Source: Vicugna vicugna (taxonomy: Eukaryota). Taken from it: 64,000 nucleotides of DNA. The notes under the pieces are model-generated. The model was given only the letters and a program-made list of their open reading frames with translations. It had not been told where the DNA came from and made no database searches. The stretch lies in NCBI GenBank assembly GCA_013265495.1, contig MU058065.1, positions 8,060,302 to 8,124,301 of the forward strand. Direction: 5' to 3'. Position numbers and translations under genes: made by a program. Below, piece after piece: positions 11,356-23,528 of this stretch (its first letter is position 1; the number at the start of each line of letters is the position of its first letter).

Positions 11356-13639
11356 CTAGGGCCTCCTTGATTATAGAGAGCAGGCTTTCAAAGACTGTCA
11401 GGCCCAGGAGATAATAGAGACCCTGAGTATTACTTCCGAACCTGTCTCCAACTGACCGCCCATTGGGACGTCCCTCCATGTGACCTCAAGGAAGCAACAG
11501 GATGACTGTTGGGATGGCCAGCTCCATCCCCACTCCAGGGGTCTCCCAGAATCCCACCGTGAGATGTCCAGGTCCCCGGTGTCACCAGAAGACAGTCTCA
11601 GTCCAGCATCTAGCCCAGCCCCAGCAGACCCCCAGCCCACCCCACCCCTAATTATCCGAGACAAGCTCAGAGCTGGACAGGGCTCTTCCTGAGACTTCTT
11701 GGAGGAGGAGGGCCAGGGACAAGCAGCACAAGGAGGCAAGGCAGATGCCACCGACCCAAGCCAGAGAGAACTGGCTTCCCTGAAAAGTTTTCAAGCAGGG
11801 AGCAGCATCTGTGGAAAAGTCTGAGCGGGGCTGCTGCCTCCATTAGACGGGCCTGCCCCCCTCCTCTGGGCCGCAGCTTTTCTTTCGAGGAACAAGACTA
11901 CATCTGTTTGGCGATACTCTATCTGGAATCGTTAAGTAAACCTTTCAGGCCCTGGCAAACAACAGCCCATCTTATTCCGATGGGGGAGCTCCTGAAACAC
12001 AGCAGACTTCTTAATCCCAAATCTGTCTGCAGGCGCCCCCTCCCCTGCCGGCAAATCCCTGTTGCCCCCACCCCCGGCCTTCAGCTGGGAGAAAGATTGC
12101 TCACCCTTGCCACCTTTGGCCCCTCTCGACGCAAACAGATTCTTGGCTTTGAGTCTTCACATTTACTTTTAGTGTTGTTGGACTGGGTTTTTCTCTCCCT
12201 CCCCCTCTCCGCCCAGGGGGTCTCTCCCCCTGGCTCGCCTGCTCCGTGGACCTCAGTCACACAATGCTGTCTGAGCAGACTTACTCAGGGCCCCACAATT
12301 ATCTCATCTTCCCATTACCTCCACCCTCACCCCCTTGGGGCCACTGAGAAGCAGGCAAAGCTAAACAAATAAAGGATGGGAGGGACCCAGCCAGCTCCTC
12401 CGAGGCCCTGGCCATGTGGAATCACAGGCTCTCAGGCTCTTCTGCTGCCCATGGGCACCAGCCGTCCCCTCCATCACAGCAACAACAAAGCTGAGCCCCT
12501 CCTGCAGCTGAAACCCAAGTCCACCTCAAAGGCGTGTTGCAATGTGGGCTACGGGATCTGTGTGTCCAGCTGAGCACACAGACCTCCCCCCTCAGTCCTC
12601 CAGCCGCCTTCCCCCAGAGTCGCACACACTTCATCACTTTAACTCTGCTTTCCTGGAAATCTGTTGCCTCCGCAGAAGGTTGGTCGGGGAAAGCATGAAG
12701 TTGCTGTCGCCACATTTGGGCTCTTACAAAACTGCGGCCGGGTGGTGGTGACAAATGGGTTTGAAGGCACCGTTCTGCCCGCCCTCCACTTTCCTGCCTG
12801 GGAGAACAGACACGTTACAGACTGATGGGCAAGCCGGGTTCCTCCTTTGCTCTGTAATTAAAGCCCAGACTCTCCCCTCCAGTCAGAAGCTGGTCGGTGA
12901 GAGGGCCACTGTTCAGCTGAGGTTGCGGGGGAAGGGAGGGAGATTTGAGTAGGGGAGGAAATGATGAAATCGTCCAGTTTGGAGACAAAACCATTGAGGG
13001 GGTACAAAGACTCTTTCCCTAGGGAAAGAGTGAGACCCTCAATTTGGAGACTCTCTACAGGCCTGTGTGAGAATGAGGGAAGTTCCCTATGGAGGGTGCG
13101 GGGGAAGCCTCTCTTCTAATACAATTTTTGCTTTGCCCCCGGTAGAGCACCTTCCTGAAGGTGAGGCCAACCTCATCTGGCCTCGTGCATGGCAACGTTC
13201 AGGAATGGAGCTCGGTCTGAGCTATCCCAAGATCTGAGTTTATATCACTTTGTATTTCTTTTTGTGTGTTCCATCCATCTCCTCCATCTCCCCATGACAC
13301 TGCGAGCAAGCTCCATCAGGGCAGGGACTGGCCTTCTGTAATCCCTGAGCACTGCTCTCCCCCCACTCATACACACGCCACTTCTGCCTGGCTTTGCCCA
13401 CAGTAGACAGAGATTATCCCACTCTCACTTCCTGCCAGCAGCCTCAGCCATTTGTCTTTGCATCAATGGAAGAACTGCACCCTGAGAAAAGGAAGCTCCT
13501 CCTTGTTCAAGGTCATTGGACCCATCTGTGGTCTCACTCCTTGAGTACCCGTCACTTCTCTTGGCATTCCTCATTCCTGGCTGTGGGCAGGCAGTCAAGT
13601 CACACTGATAGTGCCCTTGTCCACAGAGCTGACCCAAAG

Positions 13640-13900
13640 CAGTGTTTCCCAAACATCAGTCATTCAGGAACCTGCTTCTCATTTTTGCCCTCTCTTTGAA
13701 TGACCTTGATTATTATTTCCTTACTATTTATTTTTAAATCAACTCACTTATTTTATTTAAATAAAAGGCTATTAGCAATAATATTTCTGAAGACATAGGT
13801 TTCATATACTGCTTTTCCTTTACACATGAAAACAAAATACATAACTTATCAAATAAAAGTTGTCCCTTGAAATATACCTAAAATCAGCCTGTGGACCATA
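13640..13900. mobile_element. hAT-Charlie MITE remnant
   Basis: Starts cagtgtttcccaaac (Charlie-type TIR) with an AT-rich body. Confidence 0.5.
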
Positions 13901-15152
13901 CATTGTTACAAAATGCAGAAGGTATTTTAATCTCTGAGCCGGGTTAGGTATTTTAGGCAAGTCTCTGAGGTTCAGTCTGTTCATCTATAAAATAGGAATT
14001 AAAATGCCTCACTCTGGCTTCACAGGGTCGTAAATACCCCAAGAAGGACAATAGACAGTATAAAGAACTATCAAGTAGGAAGGGAATTTTTCATAGACGT
14101 CATGGTCAGGAGAATGTTCTAAAGTACAATAATCATGGGAATTTTTTAAAGTATGAATTGCTAAAAGAGGAAGGAGTAGAGAGTGCTGTACATACCCAAA
14201 AGAACAAGAGCCTTGCACCAGATCCTGCAAAGGAGATATAACAGAAATAGTAGAGAAATGTACAGGCTATTAAAAGAAACAATACACACCCACATGAAAA
14301 ACACAAATAAAAAAGCCTATAGGGAAATATAACCCTGATTCAAATTCTCTTGAGCCATGAATGCAAAGCAAGGGGACGGTGAGCCTCTGGATGGCTTGTG
14401 GGGAGCCCTGCAGCCTAAAAAGTCACCTGGGAAGGCTTCTTGGAGGTGGTGTTAGAAATCAGAGCTCTGGCTCCTTGTCTGTGAGAGTGCTTGTGGAATC
14501 CTTTTTCCCTCCCCCACATCTCAACTCCACATCCCCCCTTGGGTTTCTGCGGGGGACAGGAGGTGCCTGTTGGAAACCACTTTTCTGGGGGCTGGTGGTG
14601 GTTGGCAGGACATCAGGGCCATTGGAGGCAGCAATGCTGTCTCTCTGGGGATCTTCCAGCGCTCAGAACCCTCTGCTGCCGAGTCTCCTCTGTAAGCCCC
14701 CATGCATCCGCCATGCATCCTCTTAGCACCCGGGTGCACCTTCTTCCCACTGGAAATCTTTCTGGCTGCTGCCTCCGGAGAAACTTGTCTTCCGCACGTT
14801 CTATAGTGTTTCTCTCTGCGCTGTGCAACTGTCAGAGTGCGGCTATTTCTGTCTCCTATGTTGTCCTTCTGCTGTTACTCTGTAGCTTCGATTGGGGCTG
14901 GTCTCTTTCTCCCTGCGTTCTCTGCCTCTTTCCCCCATCACTGTTACCTTCATCGACAATATCGTTTCCTCCCCATGCCCACCCCACAGCTAGAGGCCTC
15001 TTTCTCTGACCCAGCTCTTTTCTTCTGCAGAAAACGGTCCCAGGAACTCTGCTACATTGTAACGATTACCAGTAGCCACCAGGCTCCATAGAGTTACTGT
15101 CTGGGGTTGGGCAGGAGGGGAAGCCTAGAGTCACAGCGAATCCCCTCTCCCC

Positions 15153-15155
<3 letters not shown>

Positions 15156-15199
<44 letters not shown>
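15156..15199. repeat. (AC)22 microsatellite
   Basis: Perfect dinucleotide run. Confidence 0.97.
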
Positions 15200-15202
<3 letters not shown>

Positions 15203-17589
15203 CGCGCTGCAGGGCTGCGGTGCAGCACTGGGCAGTTTGCCAATACTTTCCCAATTGTACTCCAACCCATGGGCCAGAATGAAGAATCGATAGTTATTTC
15301 CATCCACATCTTTACAAAATAGTAAACAACCCAGAAGCTCAGCCAAATGACCTCGGTTCCTGATCTTGGTCCAGAATCCTGGTCTCTGGACCCTCAGTGT
15401 ATAAGAAGGCATTTGAGTTGTAACACCCAGGACTTTGTAGGCTGAAACAACCAGAACGCGCACACATACTGTAGAGGCAGTTATATGGGATCCCCTGGCC
15501 AGCTCTGCCTGGGAACCCCCAGGTGACTTTTTGCACATCACCAAACTGCTTGCAGCCTCAGTTTCTTCATCTGCAAAATGGAGTAAGACCCAGCTCATGG
15601 GGCTTCTGTAAGGACTGAGGGGAATCACTCATGACAGCCTCTGGCAGGATGTCTAGTCCAAAGAGCGGGTTCAACTCAATGTCTGTGGGCTCCGAGGGGG
15701 TCTTGACTGTGGGGGTCTTGCCTCTTGGGGCAGTCTCCTGACTGTGAAAACTTTGATCCAGAACATGGGGTGCCTGGTATCCTTCAAGGCCACCTGTTGG
15801 CACCTGAGCACCATCCCTCCTTTCCTCCTGGCCAGAACGATTTTGAAGGTTCCACCTCAGGAAGCAGACCCCCCCACCCCCGGGAGACCTTCACCTTGTA
15901 GCCGTGCCTCCTGCCGCTGCCTGTCCGCCCTGCCTGGTCCTGGCCATCTGGAACAGGACCTTCTCTCTGGGGGAAAATATTATTGTTTTTTGGCCACTTG
16001 TTTGATCCTCCAGAGTCAATGTTTGCAGAGATAAGCACAGTGTCGCGCAGCAGTGTGGCTGTTTATGACTCTGCCCCCATCCCCTTGGATTCCAGCCCCT
16101 TCTGGGCCACAGTGTGAGGTGAGGGTGCATTTCAACAGCAGCCGGTCCGGTTACTCACCCATACTGCCTGGGCAAGGACGTGGGAGAGGAGCTGGAGTCA
16201 GTCCCCTCCTGCTCCTGAAGCTGTGCCCTCGGCCCACTCAGGCAGGAGCTGGGCAGGAATCTCACGTTCATTTAAGAAAGCTGGCAGCCTGGACCACTGT
16301 CCCTCCAGGCCTTTCCTGTTACATGCATCCCAGGTTGACCCTGACCTTCTCCGCTAGATTATAAGGTCCTGGACGGGTCCTTCCTATAAAAATGTGATTT
16401 TCTGTTTCCACTGCACATAAAAATGCCTGGTGAGATTTTCCACCCAAGCTGGAGGGCTTATTTCAAAGGATTTGACTTAAAGTATTAGTTATGAGGGGTA
16501 GGCCAAATTCCCTTTGAAGTGGCCGAGAGGGGAAGGCACCCCCAAGAGCTGGGTGGGCAGCATTCTCTTGGGCAGCTACACATGGAATGTCACGGGACGC
16601 TGGAGTGATATCCAGTCGGGACCGATATGCTACACATATTAAACCACTGAGGATGGAGAAAAACAAGCATGGTTTCAAACAAAGCCCAGGACCAGAGGGC
16701 ACGAGGATGTGCAAAGTCGCAATTGACCTGCTTCTCAGGTGGGCAACTCTGTATGATTATAAGGGAGTAGAAATGGGGGTTGATTCATTAACCATGTTAA
16801 TGGTTTTCTGGAGAGACACCAGGGAAGCTGGCTAGCTAGTAACCGTAACAACAACAAGAGGGGAGTGAGCACAGGAAGGGGAAGGGGAGACGGAGGACCA
16901 GAAGGACAGCGGTGGCATAGCTGGGTGGCCTGCCGTGCCCCAGGCTCTTAGCAAAATGTCTCACAAAAGAAGTCTCATTTAATTGTCTTATTTAATTCTC
17001 ACAACCACTCCACAAGGCAGTTCTTCTTATGCTCGCTTTTCAGAGAAGGAAAGGGGGACTCTGAGAGGTGAAAAGTGACCTGCCTAAGGTTGCACAGCTT
17101 GCAGAAAGCAAGTCCATGATGAGGTCGTGCTGATCGTGATCAAAGAAACTCCCAAAGATACATTTTTGATAAAGCCATCATTCTGCACTGTAGACAGCTG
17201 GCCCTTTTTATTCTGCCTTAGCCATCTCCTTGATTATTCCTCTTTCTTCCCTGTGAGACAACAGGATCCTTTGAATCCTTGGCCTGAGCCCATTCTAGGC
17301 TCCAGGACACGTTGGTCAGATGCGTCAAGATGACTGATGCCTTTCTTAGCCACCTGCGGATCTGAGATTGACATAAACCTGCCCCGAAGCACTTGGGAAA
17401 TTTGGAGACACTCAGGAATTTGGGGGCATCTGCTTGGTACCAGGCAGGGACTTCATTGTTTGGAGTAGATCAGTAAACAAGGCAGACCGCTTCCCCTGCC
17501 CTGGAGGAGCTTGCGTGGGGAGGGAGCACAGGAGTGACTGGCAGACCCCATAGGAGGTTTTCACTCATGGCCTTCCTTTTAAGAAAGCT

Positions 17590-18090
17590 CAACCCAGCTC
17601 CAGTCTGCTCTCCACGTTACATCCAGAGAAGATTGTTTTCAAACACAAACATGATCAACTCAAATCCCTACTGAAAAAGTGTTTTCCCTTTGCTTATAGG
17701 ATAGAGACCCCAAACATTAAGCCTGCCTTCAAGACTCTACTTGAGGTCTCTGCTTCTCTTCTGCTTCACTGCACAACAAGCACCCTCCCTCTCCATCCAG
17801 CTCTTCCAGACTCTTCCATTTGATCAGTTAGCAACTCCTTCAACTGTCTCTGCAGCCATCTCAGCCTTAGTCAAACCACTCCTACAGACACCCTGAGGAC
17901 CCTGGACCTCTTCGTGGCACTTCTCAGTGTTACAGCTTCCCACTGATTTGGGCAAGTATCTGGCGACTGGCTGTCCCCACACTGGACTGTAGGCCCCTCA
18001 TACACAGGACTGACCGTTGCACTCACCACTGTGTGCCCAGAACCCAGCCAGGGCCTGGTCCGACGAAGTCTGCAGAATGAATGACTCTTT
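17590..18090 (+). mobile_element. L2 3' region
   Basis: Ends tgtgcccagaacccagcc...gaatgaatga, a typical L2 tail; an antisense L2 follows at ~18550-19180. Confidence 0.6.
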
Positions 18091-21000
18091 GGCAGCACCA
18101 TTCCTGCCCCCCACACTTCTAGTGATCTTCTCATCCAATCAGTGCCAACCTCCCTTTCCTAAAAAGTGAACGGGGTTCGGGGGGGAGTCAAGAGCTATGG
18201 GCAAGGTGCCCGTGACACTTTAACCTCAAATCGGGATCTGTGGTCTCAGAGTATCAGTGCATATATTAGGACAAAGACAAAATGTTTAACCTCAGACAAC
18301 CAGGTCAGATGGCCACTGCATCTGCGATGGAAAACAGAAGTCACTGCCATGTGAAATCCTGGAGAAAGAACAGGGTGAAATGAGTCACTAGCTAAGCTGA
18401 TCTCTAGAAAAATGCTGAGCAGAAACCCTCCAGCCTCACGGTGCTCACCTGAGAGCTCTGTTCCGTGACCCATTCACCTTTCGTTGGAAAAGTGCCGGCC
18501 TGGGCAGGAAAAGTTACCCTCAAATTGGAGAAATCAGAGGCATCCCTTCTCTTATTCATTCAGTCAAAATACGTTAATTAAGCCCCTCCTGTGCTTCTGG
18601 GATACAACAATGAACTAGATCCACGCAGTTCTTATCCTCGAAGTCCTGCCACCCAAACAGAGCAGGCAGGCTTGGTAGGACGAGGGGTGGGGGCAGTGCT
18701 AAAGGTCTCCAGAGCGATGGGGCAGGCACCCACCTCAGCACGAGAAGGGCTTCTTGGAAGTGGTGAGGCTCAGGAACGAAGTCTAGAGACACATAAGAGT
18801 TAGAGTGGTGGGAAGGGCTTTCCAGGCCATTGGAAGGGCACAGACAAAGACATGGAGGGAGACACAACTTACGATGTGGTGGTTTGCTGTTGCTGGGAAG
18901 TCAAGTGTAAGACTGGAAATGGTGGGACAGGAGCTGAAGCAGAAGGGAGGGGCTGGGTCTTGGAGCAACTTTGAAGTTCTTTGAAGAATCTTGAACCCTT
19001 TCATTTCCAAACAACAAAGCAGCATGGAGAGTTTTAAGCAGAAAAGTAACAAGAACAAGACTGCATCTTCCGTAGATCCCAATGCGGGGAGAAGGGGTTT
19101 GCAGGGGACCAGGGAGGTGCAGGGAAGCCGGTTAGAACACCGCGGCATGTCCACAGAGGAAAGAAAAGAGCATATTCTTGAGTCATGGGGGAAGCATGGG
19201 GGGAGGGGTTCAAGAAAGGTTTAGGAATCTACACTCAGAAGAACTAGGGGATAAAAATCAATAACAACACTTTCCATTTCCTGAGTTCATTCTATACGCT
19301 GGACATCCTGGAGAGCTTCTTGGATGTTATTGTCAGTTTTAATATTTATCCAGGTAGGTAGGGGACCCAAGATGAGTAAGGCCTCGAGGCTCTGGGACCC
19401 TCTACACAGAGTCTAAATACCCTCAAAATGCTGTGCAGATGCTAATGCCACCCACGCTGAGATCAGGGGAGAGGGATGAAATAGGGGGTGGAGGATAGAG
19501 CAGAAATGAAAAAGAGTGTGTCCCCACAATCAGTTAAGAGAAGAATTTTATTGGGGACTTTGGAAGCGAAATAGTTGGGACAAAAGTTTGCAAACTGGAA
19601 TATTTTTGTGTACCGGAAAGCTAACATAAGTAAGTTAAGTAGACAAAAGGCCAGACAGTCTGGAGGGGTGGGGACTGTGGCAAAGGGAGAGCTCAAGTGC
19701 TCTCAGCTCCAAATGACAGTGGTCTTGCAGGAGCGAGGGATCAAGTGCCCAAGTGGCTGATTTTCAAAGTGAAACCAGTTCTTCAGACTTCTGCAAGAAT
19801 CCTCCCAATCCAGATATGTTGGTTTCTAATTCGAAATTTGGAAAAGAAAAAAATACATTGTTCAAAGCACACCAAATGGCCTATAAACTGGACAGGAGTT
19901 TAGGGTTGGCGATGTTAGTGCTCTGGTGTCAACCACTTCCTCTGGCAGTCGAGTATCCAAAGGAAAGGGGGAATCGGAATGGTTCAGAGAAGCATAATCA
20001 GGACAAAAGGAATTGCCCAGGGTCTGGGAGACTAGCCAGCTTGCTGACAAAAGACTAAGCGCCCTTTGGAGAAAGAGAGCAGGTGTAGTCATGTCTCCTC
20101 CCCACCAAGTGACAAGATCTACACAGATATCCCTTCCTGGGGTGAGTGAAGCCATTGCAGTGTGAACAGGGGTTGTCAGACATCAGGAGAGTCTTCAACC
20201 TTCCAGAAGCTCAGGCAGCAAGGTACGTGCTGGGCATTTTAAAGGTAGCTGAGAGTGGGCTGGACTGCCTGCAGGAATTCAAAGGGACTGTCTCCCACTC
20301 ATTTTTGGGTCCATCCTCTGCTGTTCTTTGCAGAGTCCTTCCTATTCTGTGACTTGGGTCCTGTGACCCTTTCCACTACCTCCCCTTCTTGATCCCTTCT
20401 TTTCATACCCCAGCAGCTGCCCCTGGCTTCGGTCTCCCACTCCCCTCCCTGATCATCCCCAGTTAGAGTCCCATCGCTCTGGTCTGACCCCACAACCCAG
20501 GTTTCATCACATTGTCTTGTGATTTAAGACAAGGGTCTGAATGGAAATGTTTCCACATCTAGGGAAAGAACTTGAATCAGTAATTACTGTAACAGCCAAC
20601 AAAGAGTGCGAATAGAGCTATGCCCTCAGAGATCTCCAGAAGAGGGTCAGCGGAGCGTGATCTTGGTGGTTTAGTCAGCTCAAATCACGAAGCCCCCAGG
20701 AATAAGGAACAGCTAACACACATGACTGTCACTATCTGCCAGGCAGTCCTGGGTGCTCCTAGGCTGAACTGGGAATTCCAATTCTCCCCACAGGGTAGGA
20801 GCCATTACTACCCCCGCTTCACAGAGGAGAAACTTGAGATCCACGTGGAGAGGTTAAGTCATCTGCTTAGGATATGTAGCCTCTTTCCCCACCCAGACTC
20901 AGTGCCAGAGTTTGTGCTCTGACACAGCACTTCTCAAATTACCTCTAGTGGAAGACCAGATCCCCCCACATCATCACAGACGGACTCTCGTAAAATACAA

Positions 21001-22080
21001 CAATAAAATGCACTGAGAGAAAAATGGTCACGTGCTTGGATGGCACAGCAACGGCAGACTGCTCTCAAGGTTTCTGGATGTTTATTTACCCTCAGTTTCT
21101 ACACTATCAAGTCTCGGTGCAGAGCCGCACTGGGCCACAGTGCTGTGAGGAGCGCTAATCCACCTCCTCTACCCTCGCTCATTCGCCGAGGATGCGAGGG
21201 ACTAAACTGAGCGCCGGAAAAAAAAAAAAATCACTTGTCTGGATTCCAAAGGCTGAACTGTTAACCTCAGCGCTCACTCCAGCAGTGAGAGCCTCTCACT
21301 CCGTGTTTAGGTTTAGGTGAGTTAGGGAGGGGGTCACCCGTATTGTCCAGGAGGGAGATTGGTTAACTCCAAAGGGCCCTTCCAAAACCAAACGCTAGGA
21401 TTCCGTCTCCTTTTGCAACACTCCAGCTCAGCAGAAATGTTTTCAGGGCCAGCTGTTTTTGCTCCCACATTCATTAATAAAAGTAGTGAATGGAGCCAGA
21501 GCCACCCTTTTCTTTCCTTTGTCATGTCCTGAAAGGGGGCAGGGAGGGAACAGGAGAGCCTGCAGACGCAGGGGACGTGCCAGACGTGCAGCAGAAAGGG
21601 CTGGAGAGATGAGGACTGCTAGGAAGGAAGGCAGGTGGGCTGATGGGTGGCGGGTGGGGGCGGGGGAGGGGCCATGTGGCAAAGGCGGAGAGACACGTGT
21701 AACCAATTCCTCCGGGGCACAATTGGGGTGGGGGTGCACCTGAGAACTGAAAAACACCTGACAGTTTCTGGAACAGAGGAGGATTAAGAGCTGCTGGGAA
21801 AAAACTGGGGCTGATGATGGAGCAGAGCTGGATGAGATGGAAGGACCCTTTGAAGAACTGTTCATCTTGTTTGGGGGCCTTCTTTGGATCCCCTGGGGAT
21901 TGGGGAGCCGCTATTTCTCACAGTCCATCAGTGGAGGGGAGCGGGAGTGCAGCACACTCTAGGTTTTTGTTCAGACTTAGAGGGAAATTGGTTACAGAGG
22001 TGATACAAACCTGCCTTGGGCTAGGGGAACACAAGGAGTTGAAGGAGCAAGGAAGCCCCAGCAGGAGTTTCCACATAGAC

Positions 22081-22312
22081 TACAGGATGCTGGTTAAATT
22101 TGAATTTCAGATAAATAATTTTTGGTATAAAAAATTTAGTACATAATGTATTAAATGCCATAGAATTGTACACTCTAAAATGATTGAAATGGTAGCTTCT
22201 ATGTTATATGTATTTTACCATAATAAAAATTACTATGAGTTTTTATTCTGTTTATCTGAAATGCAAATTTAACTAGTACCCTGTCTCTGATTTATTAAAT
22301 CTGGCTACCCTA
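22081..22312. mobile_element. MER53-like palindromic MITE with an L1 3'-tail fragment in its centre
   Basis: Inverted arms 22093-22115 and 22251-22273 (22/23 match). Central aattgtacactctaaaatg...tattttaccataataaaaa is L1M-tail-like. Confidence 0.7.
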
Positions 22313-22602
22313 CTCCCAGCAGAGAGCTAGACTCATGGCAGGGGGCAGCCCAGAAAAAGCTGGGGCCACAGAGGAGACACGGCTGCTGCTGGAGGAGGAG
22401 ACAGCAGGAAGTAGAATGGATGGAAGAGAAAAGATCTGCCTTCTCCCCTCCAGGTACCGACCAGTTTCTCAGAAGCCCAAGGGCAAAGGAGCCTCAGAAA
22501 TGCAGGAGCAGGGAAGGATCCAAAAGCAAACTTGAAGTTATTTTAAATGACCCAGGAACACCAGACTTGCCAGGCCCAATGATTGCAATTTTACTGTATC
22601 TG

Positions 22603-23060
22603 TGTCAACCAAAACAATAATAATGATGACGATGATGATGCAGGAGGAGGCTGCAAATAAGAAAAAAAGTTATTCCGGGTTTTAAGAATTGCAAATTCAT
22701 AGACATAGATCCTTATAACTGCAAAAGAGTGTTCCGGGGAAGAGAAAGAGTCAGGGGCTTATAAAGACAAAAAGCCATGAGATTGTTAAGAGTTGCTTGG
22801 TGAAAACTGTGATTGACTCTGACGTGAGTCAGAAAATATTTGTCCTTAAGGAATCATGAGTTGTTTTAGGGTGAGGGTCCGATAACTAGACAGGGTGTTG
22901 AGAGTTTCTGGCAGATGTTCTGGATGACTTCATCAGATCAAAAGGTCAGATTCCATCCAGGCTGAGACATGCATAAAGTCACACTTCCTTTATGGCCCCC
23001 TGGCTCCATTTTAGAGAGCTCTCCTAGCAGTACCAACCCCATTTTGATTTTCCTTCCACA
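22603..23060 (-). mobile_element. 3' LTR of the provirus
   Basis: Plus tgtcaaccaaaa...ttttccttccaca. TATA-like TTTATAA at 22759-22765 (minus). PPT AGAGGGAGAGA adjacent at 23061-23071. Confidence 0.92.
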
Positions 23061-23339
23061 TCTCTCCCTCTGCTTGAGCTCTTTCTCTAGAAAGCGTCAG
23101 TAATCGTTCATTTGGGATTTTGGCATCAGTATCAACTCCCTCAGCACTGGAAAGGCTCATTCCCAGAGAGTCACGTCCCACGGAGGGTAGAGGGGTGGCT
23201 TGCAGGAGACGTATGCTTTCAGAGTTTACGGCCACATTTGAGCAGCAAGGAAGGAGCCATCCAGGAAGTGAGTCTTAGGCAGTGTTCAAAGTAGGCCTGG
23301 GTCCACGTCAGGAGGAATCTTACAGGAGTGAGCAGTCAC

Positions 23340-23528
23340 CTCCAGTTGTCAAGCTATCATTGTGTCTCTGGAAGGTGTCAAAGTACAGCAGCAAGGGACA
23401 CAAAGCCTAAACGGTTTAAACACAATGAAAAGAGAACAAATTAAAACGATGATTTGTATAACAATTTCCGATTCGGATCACAATAAGCCACCAAGTCCAG
23501 AGGAGAGCCATCCAAAGACGATTTCTAG
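23340..23528 (-). pseudogene. Decayed env TM anchor/cytoplasmic tail remnant
   Basis: Translates LEIVFGWLSSGLGGLL*SESEIVIQIIVLICSLFIVFKPFRLCVPCCCTLTPSRDTMIA*QLE: hydrophobic stretch plus Cys cluster, ~270 nt upstream of the PPT. Confidence 0.6.

Noticed and set aside
23340..23528. Possible domesticated env (syncytin-like) gene
   Set aside because: Only a ~63-codon relic with two stops; no SU, furin site or immunosuppressive domain ORF recognised.
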